Notes: generated by a model from the letters alone, not told the origin. Numbered from the stretch's first letter, positions 27,378-38,566 are shown. The stretch: DNA of 64,000 nt from Pseudomonadota bacterium (GCA_038042405.1 JBBTEI010000028.1:1017-65016); one strand, 5' to 3'. Numbers and translations are program-made.

Positions 27378-30041
27378 ATGACCCGTCTTAATCGTGTAGC
27401 CTTGCTATCCACATTTTCGCTACTCGCTTTCACATCAGCGCCTGCCCTTGCCCAAGACGCTGAAGAAGGTGCTGCGCCGGTTGAGGAAACGATTATCGTT
27501 ACCGGAACCCGCCGTACCGACCGTACTGTGGCTAACAGTACCGTGCCAGTTGACGTGTTCACCGCTGAATCGCTAACCCAATCAGGCTTTACCGAAACTA
27601 ACCGTTTGCTTGCCGAACAAATTCCGAGCTTCAACTTTCCCCAGCCCTCGATCACCGATGGTACGGACGTCGTCCGTCCTGCGACGCTGCGGGGGCTGAA
27701 CCCCGATCAAACGCTCGTTTTGATCAATGGCAAGCGCCGCCATGTTTCGGCGCTGCTTAACATCAATGGCTCGGTCGGGCGCGGCGCGGCAGCGGTTGAT
27801 ATCAACCTGATCCCGTCAATTGCCTTGAAGCGCGTTGAGGTGCTTCGTGACGGTGCGGCGGCGCAATATGGTTCGGACGCGATTGCAGGCGTGATCAACT
27901 TCGGCCTGCGTGATGCCCGCGAAGGCGGCCAGTTCACCGTGACCTACGGCCAATATAATACCAGCGTGAACGGCATTCAGCGCGTTACCGGCTTGGCATT
28001 GGGGCCCAATGGTCAGCCAACACTTGCGCCCGATGGTACGTTCAATGTGACAACCACTGGCAAGGATCGCCGCGCCAAGGATGGCGGCACGCTGACCATT
28101 GCTGGCACCGTTGGCCTGCCAATTGGCGAAGAAGGCTTTATCAACGTCTCCGCCGAATATCAGGATCGCAACCCGACCAACCGGACTGGCTATGATCGCC
28201 GTCGCCAATATACTCTTGTCGGCGGGCTGGTTGATCCGCGTGAACTGACCTTCAATCGCTTGTCGCACCGCTATGGTGATGCCGACACCAAGGATTTGAA
28301 GCTGTTTCTTAACAGCGGGGCACCGCTTGGGGACTCCGGCTTTGAGCTTTATAGCTTTGGCAGCTACGGCTTCCGTGACGGCGAAAGTGCGGGCTTCTAT
28401 CGGCTTGCCAATGATGCGCGCAACGTGCCGTCAATCTATCCTGATGGTTTCTTGCCGCTGATCAACACTGAAATTAACGATTACGGCGGCACGGTTGGGG
28501 TGAAGGGCGAAGTCGGCGGGTTTAATGTAGATCTGTCTGGCGGCTACGCGCGTAACAGCGTGAAGTTCAAGATTACGAACACCTTGAATGCCTCGCTTGG
28601 GGCAGCATCGCAGCGGGCCTTTGAAGCCGGACAGCTTGATTATACGCAAGCGATTGGCAACCTCGACGTAAACCGCGAGATTCAGACGGGCTTCCTCAAA
28701 AGCTTGACGCTTGCGGGCGGCCTCGAATATCGGCGTGAGACATTCCAGATCACGGCGGGTGAATTTGACAGCTTCCGTTCGGGCGGCGTGCTGATCAGCG
28801 CGAACCAACCCGGCGGAGCTAATCAGCCCGCCGCTCCGGGCGCGCAGGTGTTTTCGGGCTTCCAGCCAGTAATCGGTGGCCAGCGTGTTGATGGTGTTCG
28901 TGCCCGTGATAACGTCTCGGCCTATATCGAGCTTGATGCAGAGGTCAGCGATAAATTCACTGTTCAAATCGCGGGGCGTTATGAGGATTATTCCGATTTT
29001 GGCTCAGACTTTAACGGCAAGATCGCAGCACGCGTGGAACCGGTGGACGGCTTCGCACTGCGTGGTGCCGTGGCAACCGGTTTCCGTGCGCCGTCGCTTC
29101 AACAGCAGTTCTTTGCGTCCGCCGCGACCAACAACGTCAATGGTGTCTTGCTTGATGCGGTGACGTTGCCGGTTGATAATCCGGTCGCGATTGCGCTCGG
29201 TGCGCGTCCGCTTGACGCTGAAACCTCGCTTAGCTTCTCGGGCGGCTTTGTGTTCACCCGCATTCCGCGCCTCAACCTCACCGTTGACGTGTATCAGGTT
29301 GATATTGATGACCGCATCGTCGTCACTGATAATCTGACCGCGAGCCGCACAGCGGGTGTCCCATCGGGCACCAACCCCGGCTTGGCGATTGCGACTATCC
29401 TCAATGGTGCTGGATTCAACACGATTAGCGCAGCACGCTTCTTCGTGAACGGTCTTGATTCACGCACCAAGGGGCTTGATGCCGTCGCAACCTATCGGGT
29501 GGAGCTTGGCAGCGCTGGCAAGATTAATTTGAGCGCAGGCTTCAACTATAACAAGACGACGATCCGCAAAATCCTGGCATCACCGGGGCCGCTCGCCAAT
29601 ATTCCGGGGCTGGTTCTCTTCGGTCGTCAGGAGCAGGGGCGTCTGACGCGAGGCCAGCCTCGCACAAAGATCAACCTCGGGCTTGATTTTGAGCGTGAGT
29701 GGCTTGGGCTAAATGTGCGTGCCAATCGCTATGGCAAGGTTGAGGGCACCGGCGGCGCGCTTGCGACGGGCGTGTTCAACGATAACTTCCTCAAGGCCCA
29801 GTGGGTTACCGATTTGGAAGCAACCGCCAAGATCAAGCAAAATTATGAGATTTCGCTTGGTGTGAACAACCTGTTTGATACGTACCCGACAGGTGTTCCG
29901 ACCGGACTTGCTGGGACAAATAGCGCAACCGGCGCGAATGTGTTTTTCCCGACGACAAATTTCGTTGCACCGTTTTCGAATTTCTCGCCCAACGGCTTTA
30001 ACGGTCGCTTCTTTTACGGGCGGGTGAGCGTCAAATTCTGA
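27378..30041 (+). CDS. TonB-dependent outer-membrane receptor
   Basis: Signal peptide, TonB box ETIIVTG, plug LRGLNPDQTLVLINGKRRH...RVEVLRDGAAAQYGSDAIAGVINF, C-terminal Phe. Confidence 0.95.
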   Translation: MTRLNRVALLSTFSLLAFTSAPALAQDAEEGAAPVEETIIVTGTRRTDRTVANSTVPVDVFTAESLTQSGFTETNRLLAEQIPSFNFPQPSITDGTDVVRPATLRGLNPDQTLVLINGKRRHVSALLNINGSVGRGAAAVDINLIPSIALKRVEVLRDGAAAQYGSDAIAGVINFGLRDAREGGQFTVTYGQYNTSVNGIQRVTGLALGPNGQPTLAPDGTFNVTTTGKDRRAKDGGTLTIAGTVGLPIGEEGFINVSAEYQDRNPTNRTGYDRRRQYTLVGGLVDPRELTFNRLSHRYGDADTKDLKLFLNSGAPLGDSGFELYSFGSYGFRDGESAGFYRLANDARNVPSIYPDGFLPLINTEINDYGGTVGVKGEVGGFNVDLSGGYARNSVKFKITNTLNASLGAASQRAFEAGQLDYTQAIGNLDVNREIQTGFLKSLTLAGGLEYRRETFQITAGEFDSFRSGGVLISANQPGGANQPAAPGAQVFSGFQPVIGGQRVDGVRARDNVSAYIELDAEVSDKFTVQIAGRYEDYSDFGSDFNGKIAARVEPVDGFALRGAVATGFRAPSLQQQFFASAATNNVNGVLLDAVTLPVDNPVAIALGARPLDAETSLSFSGGFVFTRIPRLNLTVDVYQVDIDDRIVVTDNLTASRTAGVPSGTNPGLAIATILNGAGFNTISAARFFVNGLDSRTKGLDAVATYRVELGSAGKINLSAGFNYNKTTIRKILASPGPLANIPGLVLFGRQEQGRLTRGQPRTKINLGLDFEREWLGLNVRANRYGKVEGTGGALATGVFNDNFLKAQWVTDLEATAKIKQNYEISLGVNNLFDTYPTGVPTGLAGTNSATGANVFFPTTNFVAPFSNFSPNGFNGRFFYGRVSVKF

Positions 30042-30052
30042 TTAAGGAAGTC

Positions 30053-30078
30053 CCGCTCCGGCGTTCTAGCCGGAGCGG
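30053..30078. terminator. Probable bidirectional intrinsic terminator between the receptor gene and hspQ
   Basis: Stem CCGCTCCGGC / GCCGGAGCGG with 6-nt loop between convergent stops. Confidence 0.75.
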
Positions 30079-30087
30079 TTCTTATCT

Positions 30088-30465
30088 CTAGTGCCGGTGA
30101 ACGGGCTTGAGCGGGTAGCGTCCGCCGTCGAACTTTTCAAACATGCCTTGAATGGCTGGATGATTTACCGGCCCTTCCTCATTGTCGGGAATCAGATTCT
30201 GTTGGCTGACGTAAGCGACATAACTGTTTTCGGCATTTTCAGCGAGCAGATGATAAAAGGGCTGATCCTTTGGGGGCCGAATCTCGGCTGGAATGGATTC
30301 ATACCATTCATCGCTATTGGCAAAAACCGGATCAATATCGAAAATTACACCGCGAAAGGCAAAAATGCGGTGGCGCACAACGTCCCCAATGCCGAAGTTG
30401 GCGTATGAAACCGGCGGCACATTGTGAAGCGGGTTGCCATTGGCGTTGCGAATTACAGCGTTCAT
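30088..30465 (-). CDS. hspQ: Heat shock protein HspQ
   Basis: FGIGDVVRH..FRGVIFDIDP, QPFYHLLAEN, YVAYVSQQNL. Confidence 0.9.
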   Translation of the reverse strand: MNAVIRNANGNPLHNVPPVSYANFGIGDVVRHRIFAFRGVIFDIDPVFANSDEWYESIPAEIRPPKDQPFYHLLAENAENSYVAYVSQQNLIPDNEEGPVNHPAIQGMFEKFDGGRYPLKPVHRH

Positions 30466-30586
30466 GTCTCCTATCTAATCAATCCAATTTTAATGACAAG
30501 GATTGCTTGGCAAGCGGAGAACCTTGCGCTAAGCGCTCGCACTTCGAAAAGACCAAGGTTGACGCTGCGTGCGCCATCCAATCAGC

Positions 30587-30676
30587 GGAGAGATGGCTGA
30601 GTGGTCGAAAGCACCGCACTCGAAATGCGGCGTGCCCGTGAGGGTACCTAGGGTTCGAATCCCTATCTCTCCGCCA
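30587..30676 (+). tRNA. tRNA-Ser(CGA)
   Basis: GGAGAGA/TCTCTCC acceptor stem, CCGCA-CTCGAAA-TGCGG anticodon arm, long variable arm, GTTCGAATC, encoded CCA. Confidence 0.95.
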
Positions 30677-30892
30677 CCTAGTCTTAAGCTATTGATATAA
30701 TTGGGTTTTCCCTCACCTAACCCACCACCTTTGCGCGCGCTTGGCGTTTGACACCCGCCGCAACGGTAAGCGTGGCCTGCACGCACCGCTTACCAAAGAC
30801 CTTGCAATTCGCGAGAACACATCAAAAAGCGATGGCAGAGCACAGCCGCGAACAAAATATTGCCCCGGATTCGAGAGATTACGGAAATAGGA

Positions 30893-30966
30893 TGGATGCC
30901 CCGCGAGGACTCGAACCTCGATAAACGGAATCAGAATCCGGTATCTTACCATTAGATGACGGGGCA
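30893..30966 (-). tRNA. tRNA-Gln(CTG)
   Basis: Reverse strand TGCCCCG...TTCTGAT...GGTTCGAGTCC...CGGGGCATCCA; U1-A72 pair. Confidence 0.93.
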
Positions 30967-31123
30967 CTATTTGAAGGGATGAATTAGGCCGCGCTGCAAA
31001 TCCTGTCAATGTTCGCAGCTACCGGTTTTCGCACGCTTGCGAATATCGCCGTGTCCGAGTAGGTTGCTTCTCAAGTACCGGCGGGCATATCCCGAACCGG
31101 AGAACAGAAAAGTAGTTGCGGGC

Positions 31124-32182
31124 ATGGCGAGTTTTTCGGCCCATACGCCCCGGCAGCCGCGTGTTGGCGGCGATGCTGCGATGGCAAAACCGGCCCTACG
31201 TTATGGGCAAGGGCGCTTTCCTGCGCGCCGTACATTTGCTGCACTTGATCTTGGTACCAATAATTGCCGGATGCTGATCGCGCGGCCCGATCAGGATGGG
31301 TTCTTTGTGGTTGATGCGTTTTCGCGAATTGTCCGGCTTGGCGAAGGGCTTGGTGCGAGCGGAAAACTAAGTGATGCAGCGATGGATCGCGGGGTCGCAG
31401 CACTTTCGATTTGCGCGGAAAAGCTTGTCCGACGCGGAGTTGATCTGTCACGTTCGGTCGCGACCGAGGCCTGCCGCCGTGCGGCCAATGGTGCTGAATT
31501 TGCTGACCGCGTGCTCCGTGAAACCGGCATCAAGCTTGATATCATTACAGCGGAGGAGGAAGCGCGGCTCGCGGTGACGGGCTGTCATAAGCTGCTTGAA
31601 GCCGGTGATGGCCCCGCGCTTGTTTTTGATATTGGCGGCGGATCAACCGAACTGATCGTCGTCGATACGCGTGATGAAGAACCGCAGACACTTGATTGGC
31701 TGAGCGTGCCGTGGGGCGTGGTTTCGCTCGCTGAATCAGAGGCGCGTGACGTGGCCGACCGCGATGACCGGCTGTCCGCTTACGCGCGGATGCGTGGCCG
31801 CGTGAGCGACGCCTTCCGCGATTTCGCTGCGCGTCAAAATGCAGTGCATCCGACATTTCGCCTACTCGGCACCAGTGGCACAGTGACGACGCTTGCGAGT
31901 GTGTATCTCGAACTGCCCCGCTATGACCGCCGCCAGATCGACGGGCTGATGGTGCCAAGCGAAGCGATGCGCATGATCAGTACCAAGCTATCAAGCCTTT
32001 CAATTCATGAACGCGCCGAACTAGCCTGCATCGGCCATGAGCGCGCCGACCTAGTGGTGGCCGGCTGCGCGATCCTTGAAGCGATTCTCGATATCTGGCC
32101 TGCGCCGCGCGTTGGCGTGGCGGATCGCGGCATCCGCGAAGGCATCCTCCGCCAGCTTATGGCAACCGATAAACGCCGATGA
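31124..32182 (+). CDS. Ppx/GppA phosphatase family protein
   Basis: ALDLGTNNCR, VATEACR, EEEARL, DIGGGSTE, GVADRGIREG; start uncertain. Confidence 0.9.
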   Translation: MASFSAHTPRQPRVGGDAAMAKPALRYGQGRFPARRTFAALDLGTNNCRMLIARPDQDGFFVVDAFSRIVRLGEGLGASGKLSDAAMDRGVAALSICAEKLVRRGVDLSRSVATEACRRAANGAEFADRVLRETGIKLDIITAEEEARLAVTGCHKLLEAGDGPALVFDIGGGSTELIVVDTRDEEPQTLDWLSVPWGVVSLAESEARDVADRDDRLSAYARMRGRVSDAFRDFAARQNAVHPTFRLLGTSGTVTTLASVYLELPRYDRRQIDGLMVPSEAMRMISTKLSSLSIHERAELACIGHERADLVVAGCAILEAILDIWPAPRVGVADRGIREGILRQLMATDKRR

Positions 32183-32859
32183 GTAGAGGTGGATCAGGCG
32201 GCACCGTTCGCGTCAAAACGGCCAAGGGACGGACGACGCAATCGGTGCGCTGGCTGCAACGGCAGCTCAACGACCCCTATGTCAAGCGCGCCAAGGCCGA
32301 TGGCTACCGCAGCCGCGCGGCGTATAAGCTGATCGAGCTTGACGAAAAATATGGCTTCCTGCGCGGGGCAAAACGCGTGGTTGATTTGGGGATTGCGCCC
32401 GGCGGCTGGGCACAGGTGGTGCGGCAACGCTGCCCCTCGGCAATTGTTGTCGGGATTGATTTGCTCCCCGTTGATCCGATTGAAGGTGTGATTATCGCCG
32501 AGATGGATTTCATGGATGACGCGGCCCCCGCATGGCTTTCCGAAGCGCTTGGCGGGCAGGCTGATCTTGTGCTCTCGGACATGGCGGCAAACACCGTCGG
32601 CCATCCGCAAACTGATCATCTGCGCACGATGGGTCTGGTTGAAGCAGGCGTTGAGTTTGCGATCCAGGTGCTTAAGCCCGGCGGCGCATTCATTGCGAAA
32701 TCGCTCGCAGGGGGATCGGACAACGCCCTGATTGCGCTGCTCAAGGCCAATTTCAAAACCGTCAAACACGCCAAGCCGCCCGCAAGCCGCAAAGGTTCAT
32801 CCGAATGGTATGTCGTGGCGCAGGGGTTCAAAGGCGTGGTGGAAGCGGTGGAAGCCTAA
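32179..32859 (+). CDS. rlmE: 23S rRNA (U2552-2'-O)-methyltransferase RlmE
   Basis: YRSRAAYKL, DLGIAPGGW, SDMAAN, K-D-K-E tetrad intact. Confidence 0.95.
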   Translation: MSRGGSGGTVRVKTAKGRTTQSVRWLQRQLNDPYVKRAKADGYRSRAAYKLIELDEKYGFLRGAKRVVDLGIAPGGWAQVVRQRCPSAIVVGIDLLPVDPIEGVIIAEMDFMDDAAPAWLSEALGGQADLVLSDMAANTVGHPQTDHLRTMGLVEAGVEFAIQVLKPGGAFIAKSLAGGSDNALIALLKANFKTVKHAKPPASRKGSSEWYVVAQGFKGVVEAVEA

Positions 32860-33017
32860 CTATATTCTCACCCGTCAAAGCCCGACCCTCATCGCTATCG
32901 TCTCGATCCAACTGCCGGTGCGCCAATTTGTGACCGCAGCCCGGCAATCCGACCTAGGCCACCTATCGTTCGACGAGCGTCATTGATCTCAATCATCAAC
33001 AAACTATCGCTAAACCA

Positions 33018-35369
33018 ATGATCAAAACAACGACTCTGTCGCTTGCCTCACATTATGCGCGATTTCCTGCTGTTTGCCTGCTGGCGATAATGCTCTCGCA
33101 ACCGGCCCGTGCGCAAGCAACCGAACAGGAGGATCCTGAAAACGAAGCCGCCCGCTCAGAAATCGTCGTTACTGCCCCGCGCATCTCCGGTTCGGCAGTG
33201 GACGATATCGCGCCTGAAATCACGATCAATGAAGATGAAATTGCGGGTTACGGCGCTTCCACCCTTGCGGATTTGTTGGCAGCACTTGCACCACAAACGC
33301 AATCAGGGCGCGGGCGTGGCGGTGGGGCACCGGTTATTCTTGTGAACGGCCGGCGTGTTTCGGGCTTTGCCGAAATTCGTGATCTGCCGACCGAGGCGAT
33401 CCTGCGGGTTGAGGTTCTCCCCGAAGAGGCGGCGCTGCGTTACGGGTTCAGCGCTGATCAACGCGTAACCAATTTCATATTGCGCCCCGGATTTTCTGCG
33501 ATCACAGTTGAGGACGATTACGGGCAATCTATCGCTGGCGGTCGCGCTGAAACCGAATTGGGGTCAACCTTTACCAGGATTGGCGAAAAGGGCAGGATCA
33601 ACCTCAATATCGAATATAACGGCAGCACCGCGCTCAAAGAAAATGAGCGCGGGATTGATCGCGGGCCACTTGATCCCGGACAATTTCGCACGCTGTTGCC
33701 ACGCAGCGACGAACTCACCCTTGGCGCAACGCTCAATCGCGCGATTACCGAAACCGTCGGCCTAACGCTCAACGGTCGCTATGATTATGCGGATCGTGCC
33801 TCGCAATTTGGTGTTGCAGCGCTTGGTGCAGGCGGTGTGGTTGATCCGCTTGACCGTGATGCGACGACGCGCACGCTTCACGGCGGGTTGACGCTTGATG
33901 GGCCGATTGGCCGTTGGCAATGGTCGCTTACTGGCAATGTTGATCGCACCCGGCTTGAGACTTTGACTGACCGGCGAAGTGGCGGTCGTGATAGTGCGAC
34001 CTCCACCGCGACCTCGGGCGATGCGATCTATACGCTTTCAGGCGCGCTGCTTGAACTGCCTGCGGGCCGGGTTCAGGCGACGCTGCGCGGCGGCTTTGAC
34101 GCCCGCACCTTTGTTAGCGGGTCAGTAAGGAGCGGGGTTGTGCGGAGCGCGCGATTTGGCCGTGATGAGGCTAATGTCCGCGCGAGCATCGATATCCCGC
34201 TCGCTGATAAGGCGCGCGGCGTGGCCTCGGCGCTGGGCGCGCTATCTGTCAATTTCAACGCGGGCTACCGTGAGCTTGATGATTTTTCCGGGCTTACGGC
34301 TTACGGCTTTGGGCTGAACTGGGCATTCGCGGAAAGGCTGGCTCTGCTCGCGAGCATCACAACCGAAGAAGCCGCTCCATCGATCCAACAGCTTGGGGAG
34401 CCATTGCTCGTCACGCCGGGTGTACCCGTATTTGATTTCCGCAACCAAACCAGCGTGATTATCGACCGGATCAGCGGCGGCAATCCTGCCCTTCGCGCAG
34501 AGCAGCGCCGAGACATCAAGATCGGCCTATCATACCAAATATCGCAAACACCGCTGCTTTCGCTCAGCAGCAATTTCTTCCGCAATCGCAGCAGCGGCAG
34601 TGTGGCGAGTTTTCCGGCGCTCACCCCCGAAATTGAACGCGCTTTCCCGGAACGCTTCATTCGCGACGCGAGCGGGCGGCTCCTCTCAATCGATACGCGG
34701 CCAATCAATTATGATGCGACGCGCAGCGATATCCTGCGCACCGGGTTTAATTTCTCCAAACCCTTCAAAGCACCGCCGCGTGCAGAAGGCGCTACCGAAC
34801 GTCCTGCCGGGCCACAACCCGGTGGCGGCCCGCGTGGTGGGCCGGGGCGTGGCAGCGGCTTTGGCGGGGGTGGCGGCCCCGGCGGCATTCAGTTTGGGCT
34901 TTATTACACCTACCGTTTCACCGACGAAATCAGCATCAGCCCAGGGCTGCCTGCGCTCGATTTGCTCGATGGTTCTGCCGTTGGCGGCAATGGCGGATCA
35001 TCACGCCACGCGATTGAGCTTGAAAGCGGTGTATTCAAAAACGGGCTTGGTCTGCGCCTCACCGGAAATTATATCAGCGGCAGCACCGTCAGGGGCAGTT
35101 TGATACCGGGCAGTAGCGATGGAGATCTGCGCTTCTCCGATCTGTTGACGCTTAATGCGCGGCTTTTCATCAATTTTGACAGCCGCAAATCGCTCATCAA
35201 GCGCGTGCCGCTACTCAAAGGCACCCGGCTGTCGCTGCGGATCGATAATCTAACGAACGCGATCCGCGATGTGCGCGATACGAACGGGATGGTGCCGTTT
35301 AGTTTTCTGCCTGGATTTGTTGATCCGCGTGGCCGGTTTGTTGAGGTCAGCTTACGGAAGATTTTCTAA
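33018..35369 (+). CDS. TonB-dependent receptor-like protein with a Gly/Pro/Arg-rich insert
   Basis: Signal peptide, EIVVTAPR TonB box, plug [10 protein letters not shown]...RVEVLPE, beta-strand pattern, C-terminal Phe. Confidence 0.85.
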   Translation: MIKTTTLSLASHYARFPAVCLLAIMLSQPARAQATEQEDPENEAARSEIVVTAPRISGSAVDDIAPEITINEDEIAGYGASTLADLLAALAPQTQSGRGRGGGAPVILVNGRRVSGFAEIRDLPTEAILRVEVLPEEAALRYGFSADQRVTNFILRPGFSAITVEDDYGQSIAGGRAETELGSTFTRIGEKGRINLNIEYNGSTALKENERGIDRGPLDPGQFRTLLPRSDELTLGATLNRAITETVGLTLNGRYDYADRASQFGVAALGAGGVVDPLDRDATTRTLHGGLTLDGPIGRWQWSLTGNVDRTRLETLTDRRSGGRDSATSTATSGDAIYTLSGALLELPAGRVQATLRGGFDARTFVSGSVRSGVVRSARFGRDEANVRASIDIPLADKARGVASALGALSVNFNAGYRELDDFSGLTAYGFGLNWAFAERLALLASITTEEAAPSIQQLGEPLLVTPGVPVFDFRNQTSVIIDRISGGNPALRAEQRRDIKIGLSYQISQTPLLSLSSNFFRNRSSGSVASFPALTPEIERAFPERFIRDASGRLLSIDTRPINYDATRSDILRTGFNFSKPFKAPPRAEGATERPAGPQPGGGPRGGPGRGSGFGGGGGPGGIQFGLYYTYRFTDEISISPGLPALDLLDGSAVGGNGGSSRHAIELESGVFKNGLGLRLTGNYISGSTVRGSLIPGSSDGDLRFSDLLTLNARLFINFDSRKSLIKRVPLLKGTRLSLRIDNLTNAIRDVRDTNGMVPFSFLPGFVDPRGRFVEVSLRKIF

Positions 35370-36436
35370 GTGCCGCACTGCGCCCGGTGAAGCAGCTTCT
35401 GATCGGCAAGCACCAGCGCCATCATCGCCGCGACGACGGGCGTGCCGCGAATGCCAACGCATGGGTCATGACGGCCTTTGGTGACGATTTCAGTCGCTTC
35501 GCCTTGATTGGTGATGGTTTCAACTGGCGTCAGGATTGAACTCGTTGGCTTGAACGCGACGCGGCAGACCACGGGTTGGCCGGTTGATATCCCGCCTGCA
35601 ATCCCGCCTGCATGATTGGCCAGAAAGTCCGGCTTGTTTGATCCGGGTCGCATCGCATCGGCATTTTGCTCGCCGCGCAACCGGGCCGCCGCAAAACCAT
35701 CGCCAATTTCAACACCCTTGACCGCGTTGATGCTCATCATGGCCGCTGCCAGTTCGGCATCGAGCTTGGCATAAAGCGGCGCCCCCCATCCCGCAGGAAC
35801 CCCTATTGCGACGCATTCGATAACGGCACCAAGCGATGAACCAGCCTTGCGCGCCTCATCAACCAAGGATTCCCAGCGCGCAGCGGCGACTTCATCGGGG
35901 CAGAAGAACGGATTCTTATCAATTTGTGCAGCTTCAAAATTATCGCGGTCAATCGCGTCGCCGCCAATTTCGACGACATAGGCAAGGATTGATACTTCCG
36001 GAATCGCGAGCCGCGCCACCGCGCCCGCCGCGACCCGCGCCGCCGTCTCACGTGCCGAACTGCGCCCACCACCGCGATAATCGCGAAAGCCGTACTTGGC
36101 GTCATAGGCATAGTCGGCATGGCCGGGGCGGTAAGCCTTGGCGACGTCGCTATAGTCTTTTGAACGCTGATCGGTGTTTTCGATCATCAGCGAAATCGGT
36201 GTTCCCGTCGTCCGCCCGTCAAACACGCCCGATAATATCCGTACCGCGTCCGGCTCCTGCCGCTGCGTCGTAAAGCGTGACGTGCCGGGGCGGCGCTTAT
36301 CAAGGAATGGCTGAATATCGGCCTCGCTGAGCGGTAGCCCCGGCGGGCACCCATCAACAATCGCCCCGAGCGCAGGCCCGTGGCTTTCCCCCCATGTTGT
36401 GAAACGGAAGATATGGCCGAAGCTGTTGTAGCTCAT
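35366..36436 (-). CDS. aroC: Chorismate synthase
   Basis: [39 protein letters not shown]. Confidence 0.97.
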   Translation of the reverse strand: MSYNSFGHIFRFTTWGESHGPALGAIVDGCPPGLPLSEADIQPFLDKRRPGTSRFTTQRQEPDAVRILSGVFDGRTTGTPISLMIENTDQRSKDYSDVAKAYRPGHADYAYDAKYGFRDYRGGGRSSARETAARVAAGAVARLAIPEVSILAYVVEIGGDAIDRDNFEAAQIDKNPFFCPDEVAAARWESLVDEARKAGSSLGAVIECVAIGVPAGWGAPLYAKLDAELAAAMMSINAVKGVEIGDGFAAARLRGEQNADAMRPGSNKPDFLANHAGGIAGGISTGQPVVCRVAFKPTSSILTPVETITNQGEATEIVTKGRHDPCVGIRGTPVVAAMMALVLADQKLLHRAQCGT

Positions 36437-36807
36437 TTCTGCGGTGTCGCTTCCAAAAATTCAATCCGGTTACCAAACGGGTCGCTTGAGAAAAACCGAC
36501 ATCGGCCATCCACGGGTACATCGTCAAATGTTGTATAGCCCGCCGCTTCAAGCCGTGCGCGCAGTTCGATCAAATTACCTGCTTGCAATGCGATATGCGC
36601 TTTTTTTGCAGGGCGGAAATCAGCCTCGACCCCCAAATGAATTTGATGCCCCCCCGCCGCAAACCAACATCCCCCGCGCCCTGCCATATCTGCGGGCTTG
36701 GGAAGCTCTTCAAGTTCCAACAGCGCTCCGAAAAAGCTACGCGCCTTGGCCTCACCGCCGATTGGCATTGCAATTTGAACATGGTCAATCGCCAAGGCTG
36801 CGCTCAC
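36433..36807 (-). CDS. VOC/glyoxalase family protein
   Basis: [26 protein letters not shown]. Confidence 0.85.
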   Translation of the reverse strand: MSAALAIDHVQIAMPIGGEAKARSFFGALLELEELPKPADMAGRGGCWFAAGGHQIHLGVEADFRPAKKAHIALQAGNLIELRARLEAAGYTTFDDVPVDGRCRFFSSDPFGNRIEFLEATPQK

Positions 36808-37607
36808 GACAGCGCAATATCCGGCGTATCTTCGGCCTTCATGCCGATCACATGATAGCCAGCATCAACATGGTGGGTTTCACCCGTCACACCGCTTGAA
36901 AGATCGCTCAGCAGATAAAGTCCAGCACCGCCGACATCTTCAATCGTGACATTGCGTTTGAGCGGGCTATTGAGCTCATTCCATTTCATGATGTAGCGAA
37001 AATCGCCAATTCCGCTCGCCGCGAGCGTTTTGATTGGCCCGGCGGAAATCGCGTTCACGCGGATGTTGTTGCGGCCAAGATCAACCGCCAGATATTTCAC
37101 ACTCGTTTCAAGTGCGGCCTTGGCCACGCCCATCACGTTATAATGCGGGATGACTTTTTCAGCACCATAATAGCTCAGCGTCAGTAGCGCTCCGCCATTT
37201 GGCATCATCGCGCTCGCCCGCTGTGCAACGGCCACGAAGCTGTAAACGCTGATGTTCATCGTCATCTGAAAGTTTTCGAGGCTGGTATCAACATAGCCGC
37301 CGCGCAGCTCATTCTTGTCCGAAAAGCCAATCGCGTGGACAACGAAATCAATCGTCGGCCAGCGACTGTCAAGCGTCGCAAACGCTGCGTCAAGTGCGGC
37401 CATGTCAGACACATCACAGTCGATCAGGAAATCACTGCCTAATTGTGCGGCAAGTGGACGCACCCGCTTGGCAAGCGCATCACCCTGATAACTAAACGCA
37501 AGTTCGGCACCTTCGGCGTGTAGTTTTTGCGCAATTCCCCACGCAAGCGAGCGATCATTTGCAAGCCCCATGATCAGCCCGCGCTTGCCATTCATGTATC
37601 CAGCCAC
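36804..37607 (-). CDS. fabI: Enoyl-ACP reductase FabI
   Basis: GLANDRSLAWGIA, YNVMGVAKAALE, ISAGPIKTLAASGI. Confidence 0.97.
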   Translation of the reverse strand: MAGYMNGKRGLIMGLANDRSLAWGIAQKLHAEGAELAFSYQGDALAKRVRPLAAQLGSDFLIDCDVSDMAALDAAFATLDSRWPTIDFVVHAIGFSDKNELRGGYVDTSLENFQMTMNISVYSFVAVAQRASAMMPNGGALLTLSYYGAEKVIPHYNVMGVAKAALETSVKYLAVDLGRNNIRVNAISAGPIKTLAASGIGDFRYIMKWNELNSPLKRNVTIEDVGGAGLYLLSDLSSGVTGETHHVDAGYHVIGMKAEDTPDIALS

Positions 37608-38566
37608 GTTGCCTCCATCATATTATCGCGTTGCTTCGCGCCCTTTAACCCGATTTCCCCTGCGTCCGCCAGTGCTGCATTCAAATGTGCGCCAATCACC
37701 AGCCCGTAGCCCACCAACCAAAAGAATAAGAGCGCGATCATCACGCCCGCAAGCCCGCCATAGGTCAGCGCATAGCCGCCAAGGGCTTCAATCGCGCGCG
37801 GGAGCAGCGTCAGCGCGCCGTACCACCAGGTAGTCGCAAAGACAGCGCCTGGCCATTTGGGGTAGGCCCAACCGCGATACCGCGTCGGCGTCAACGTCCA
37901 CAGCATCAGAAACGTCGCAACAAAGGTTGCCAGCACCGGAATGAAGCGCGTCGAGCCCAACCAGTTGGCCGCGCGGTCAGCCGAAGGCACGAAGCGCACG
38001 ACCAGTTCCTCACCGGCCGTCAACAGGATTTGCGCCGAAAAAGCCGTCATCAATAGCGCCACTGATGCAAAGACAATCGCCATGCCGATCAGGCGGTTTT
38101 GCCAGAATGGCCGGGTATAATCTGTACCATATGCGCGGCGCAGGATCTCGCGGATCGTTTCGATAAAGCTACTGACAGTCCAAAGCCCGACCAGCGCTCC
38201 AAACCATAAAAATGGCCCCGTGCGTGCGGTGAGGACTTCGCGCGCGGTCGCCTCGACCAGCGTCGCAACGCTGGGCGGCAATGCTGCAACAAGTGTAGTC
38301 ACCGCCGCCATATTTTCCTCGGTTTTGCCAATCAACTGTGTGATTGCGGCGATCACGATAAAAAACGGAAACAGCGTCAGAAGCGTAAGATAGGCAAGGT
38401 TTCCGGCATGGATAAACCCATCATTGTAAACGCCGACGAAGGTGCGCCGTGCCACTTCAAATGCGGATGATCCCGGCCCGATATAGTGTCGCCATCCCGG
38501 CGCAACTTTAGGCGTGTGGGGATGCTTGCGGCGCTCTTCGGGCGATTCTGGTGAGATGTCACGCAC
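37592..38566 (-). CDS. YihY/virulence factor BrkB family membrane protein
   Basis: AGNLAYLTLLTLFPF, multiple TM helices, YGGLAGVMIALLFFW. Confidence 0.85.
   Translation of the reverse strand: MRDISPESPEERRKHPHTPKVAPGWRHYIGPGSSAFEVARRTFVGVYNDGFIHAGNLAYLTLLTLFPFFIVIAAITQLIGKTEENMAAVTTLVAALPPSVATLVEATAREVLTARTGPFLWFGALVGLWTVSSFIETIREILRRAYGTDYTRPFWQNRLIGMAIVFASVALLMTAFSAQILLTAGEELVVRFVPSADRAANWLGSTRFIPVLATFVATFLMLWTLTPTRYRGWAYPKWPGAVFATTWWYGALTLLPRAIEALGGYALTYGGLAGVMIALLFFWLVGYGLVIGAHLNAALADAGEIGLKGAKQRDNMMEATWLDT

Noticed and set aside
30861-30875. TGCCCCGGATTCGAG resembling a duplicated 3' end of tRNA-Gln (attR-like)
   Set aside because: Only 7 contiguous bases match and there is no integrase; too short to call an att site.
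32860-33017. Possible riboswitch or FixK/FNR box (TTGAT-CTCA-ATCAT at 32983-32996) before the second TonB receptor
   Set aside because: No cobalamin, TPP or other riboswitch consensus recognised. The box has a mismatch and lies only about 21 nt from the ATG, which is poor for an activator site.
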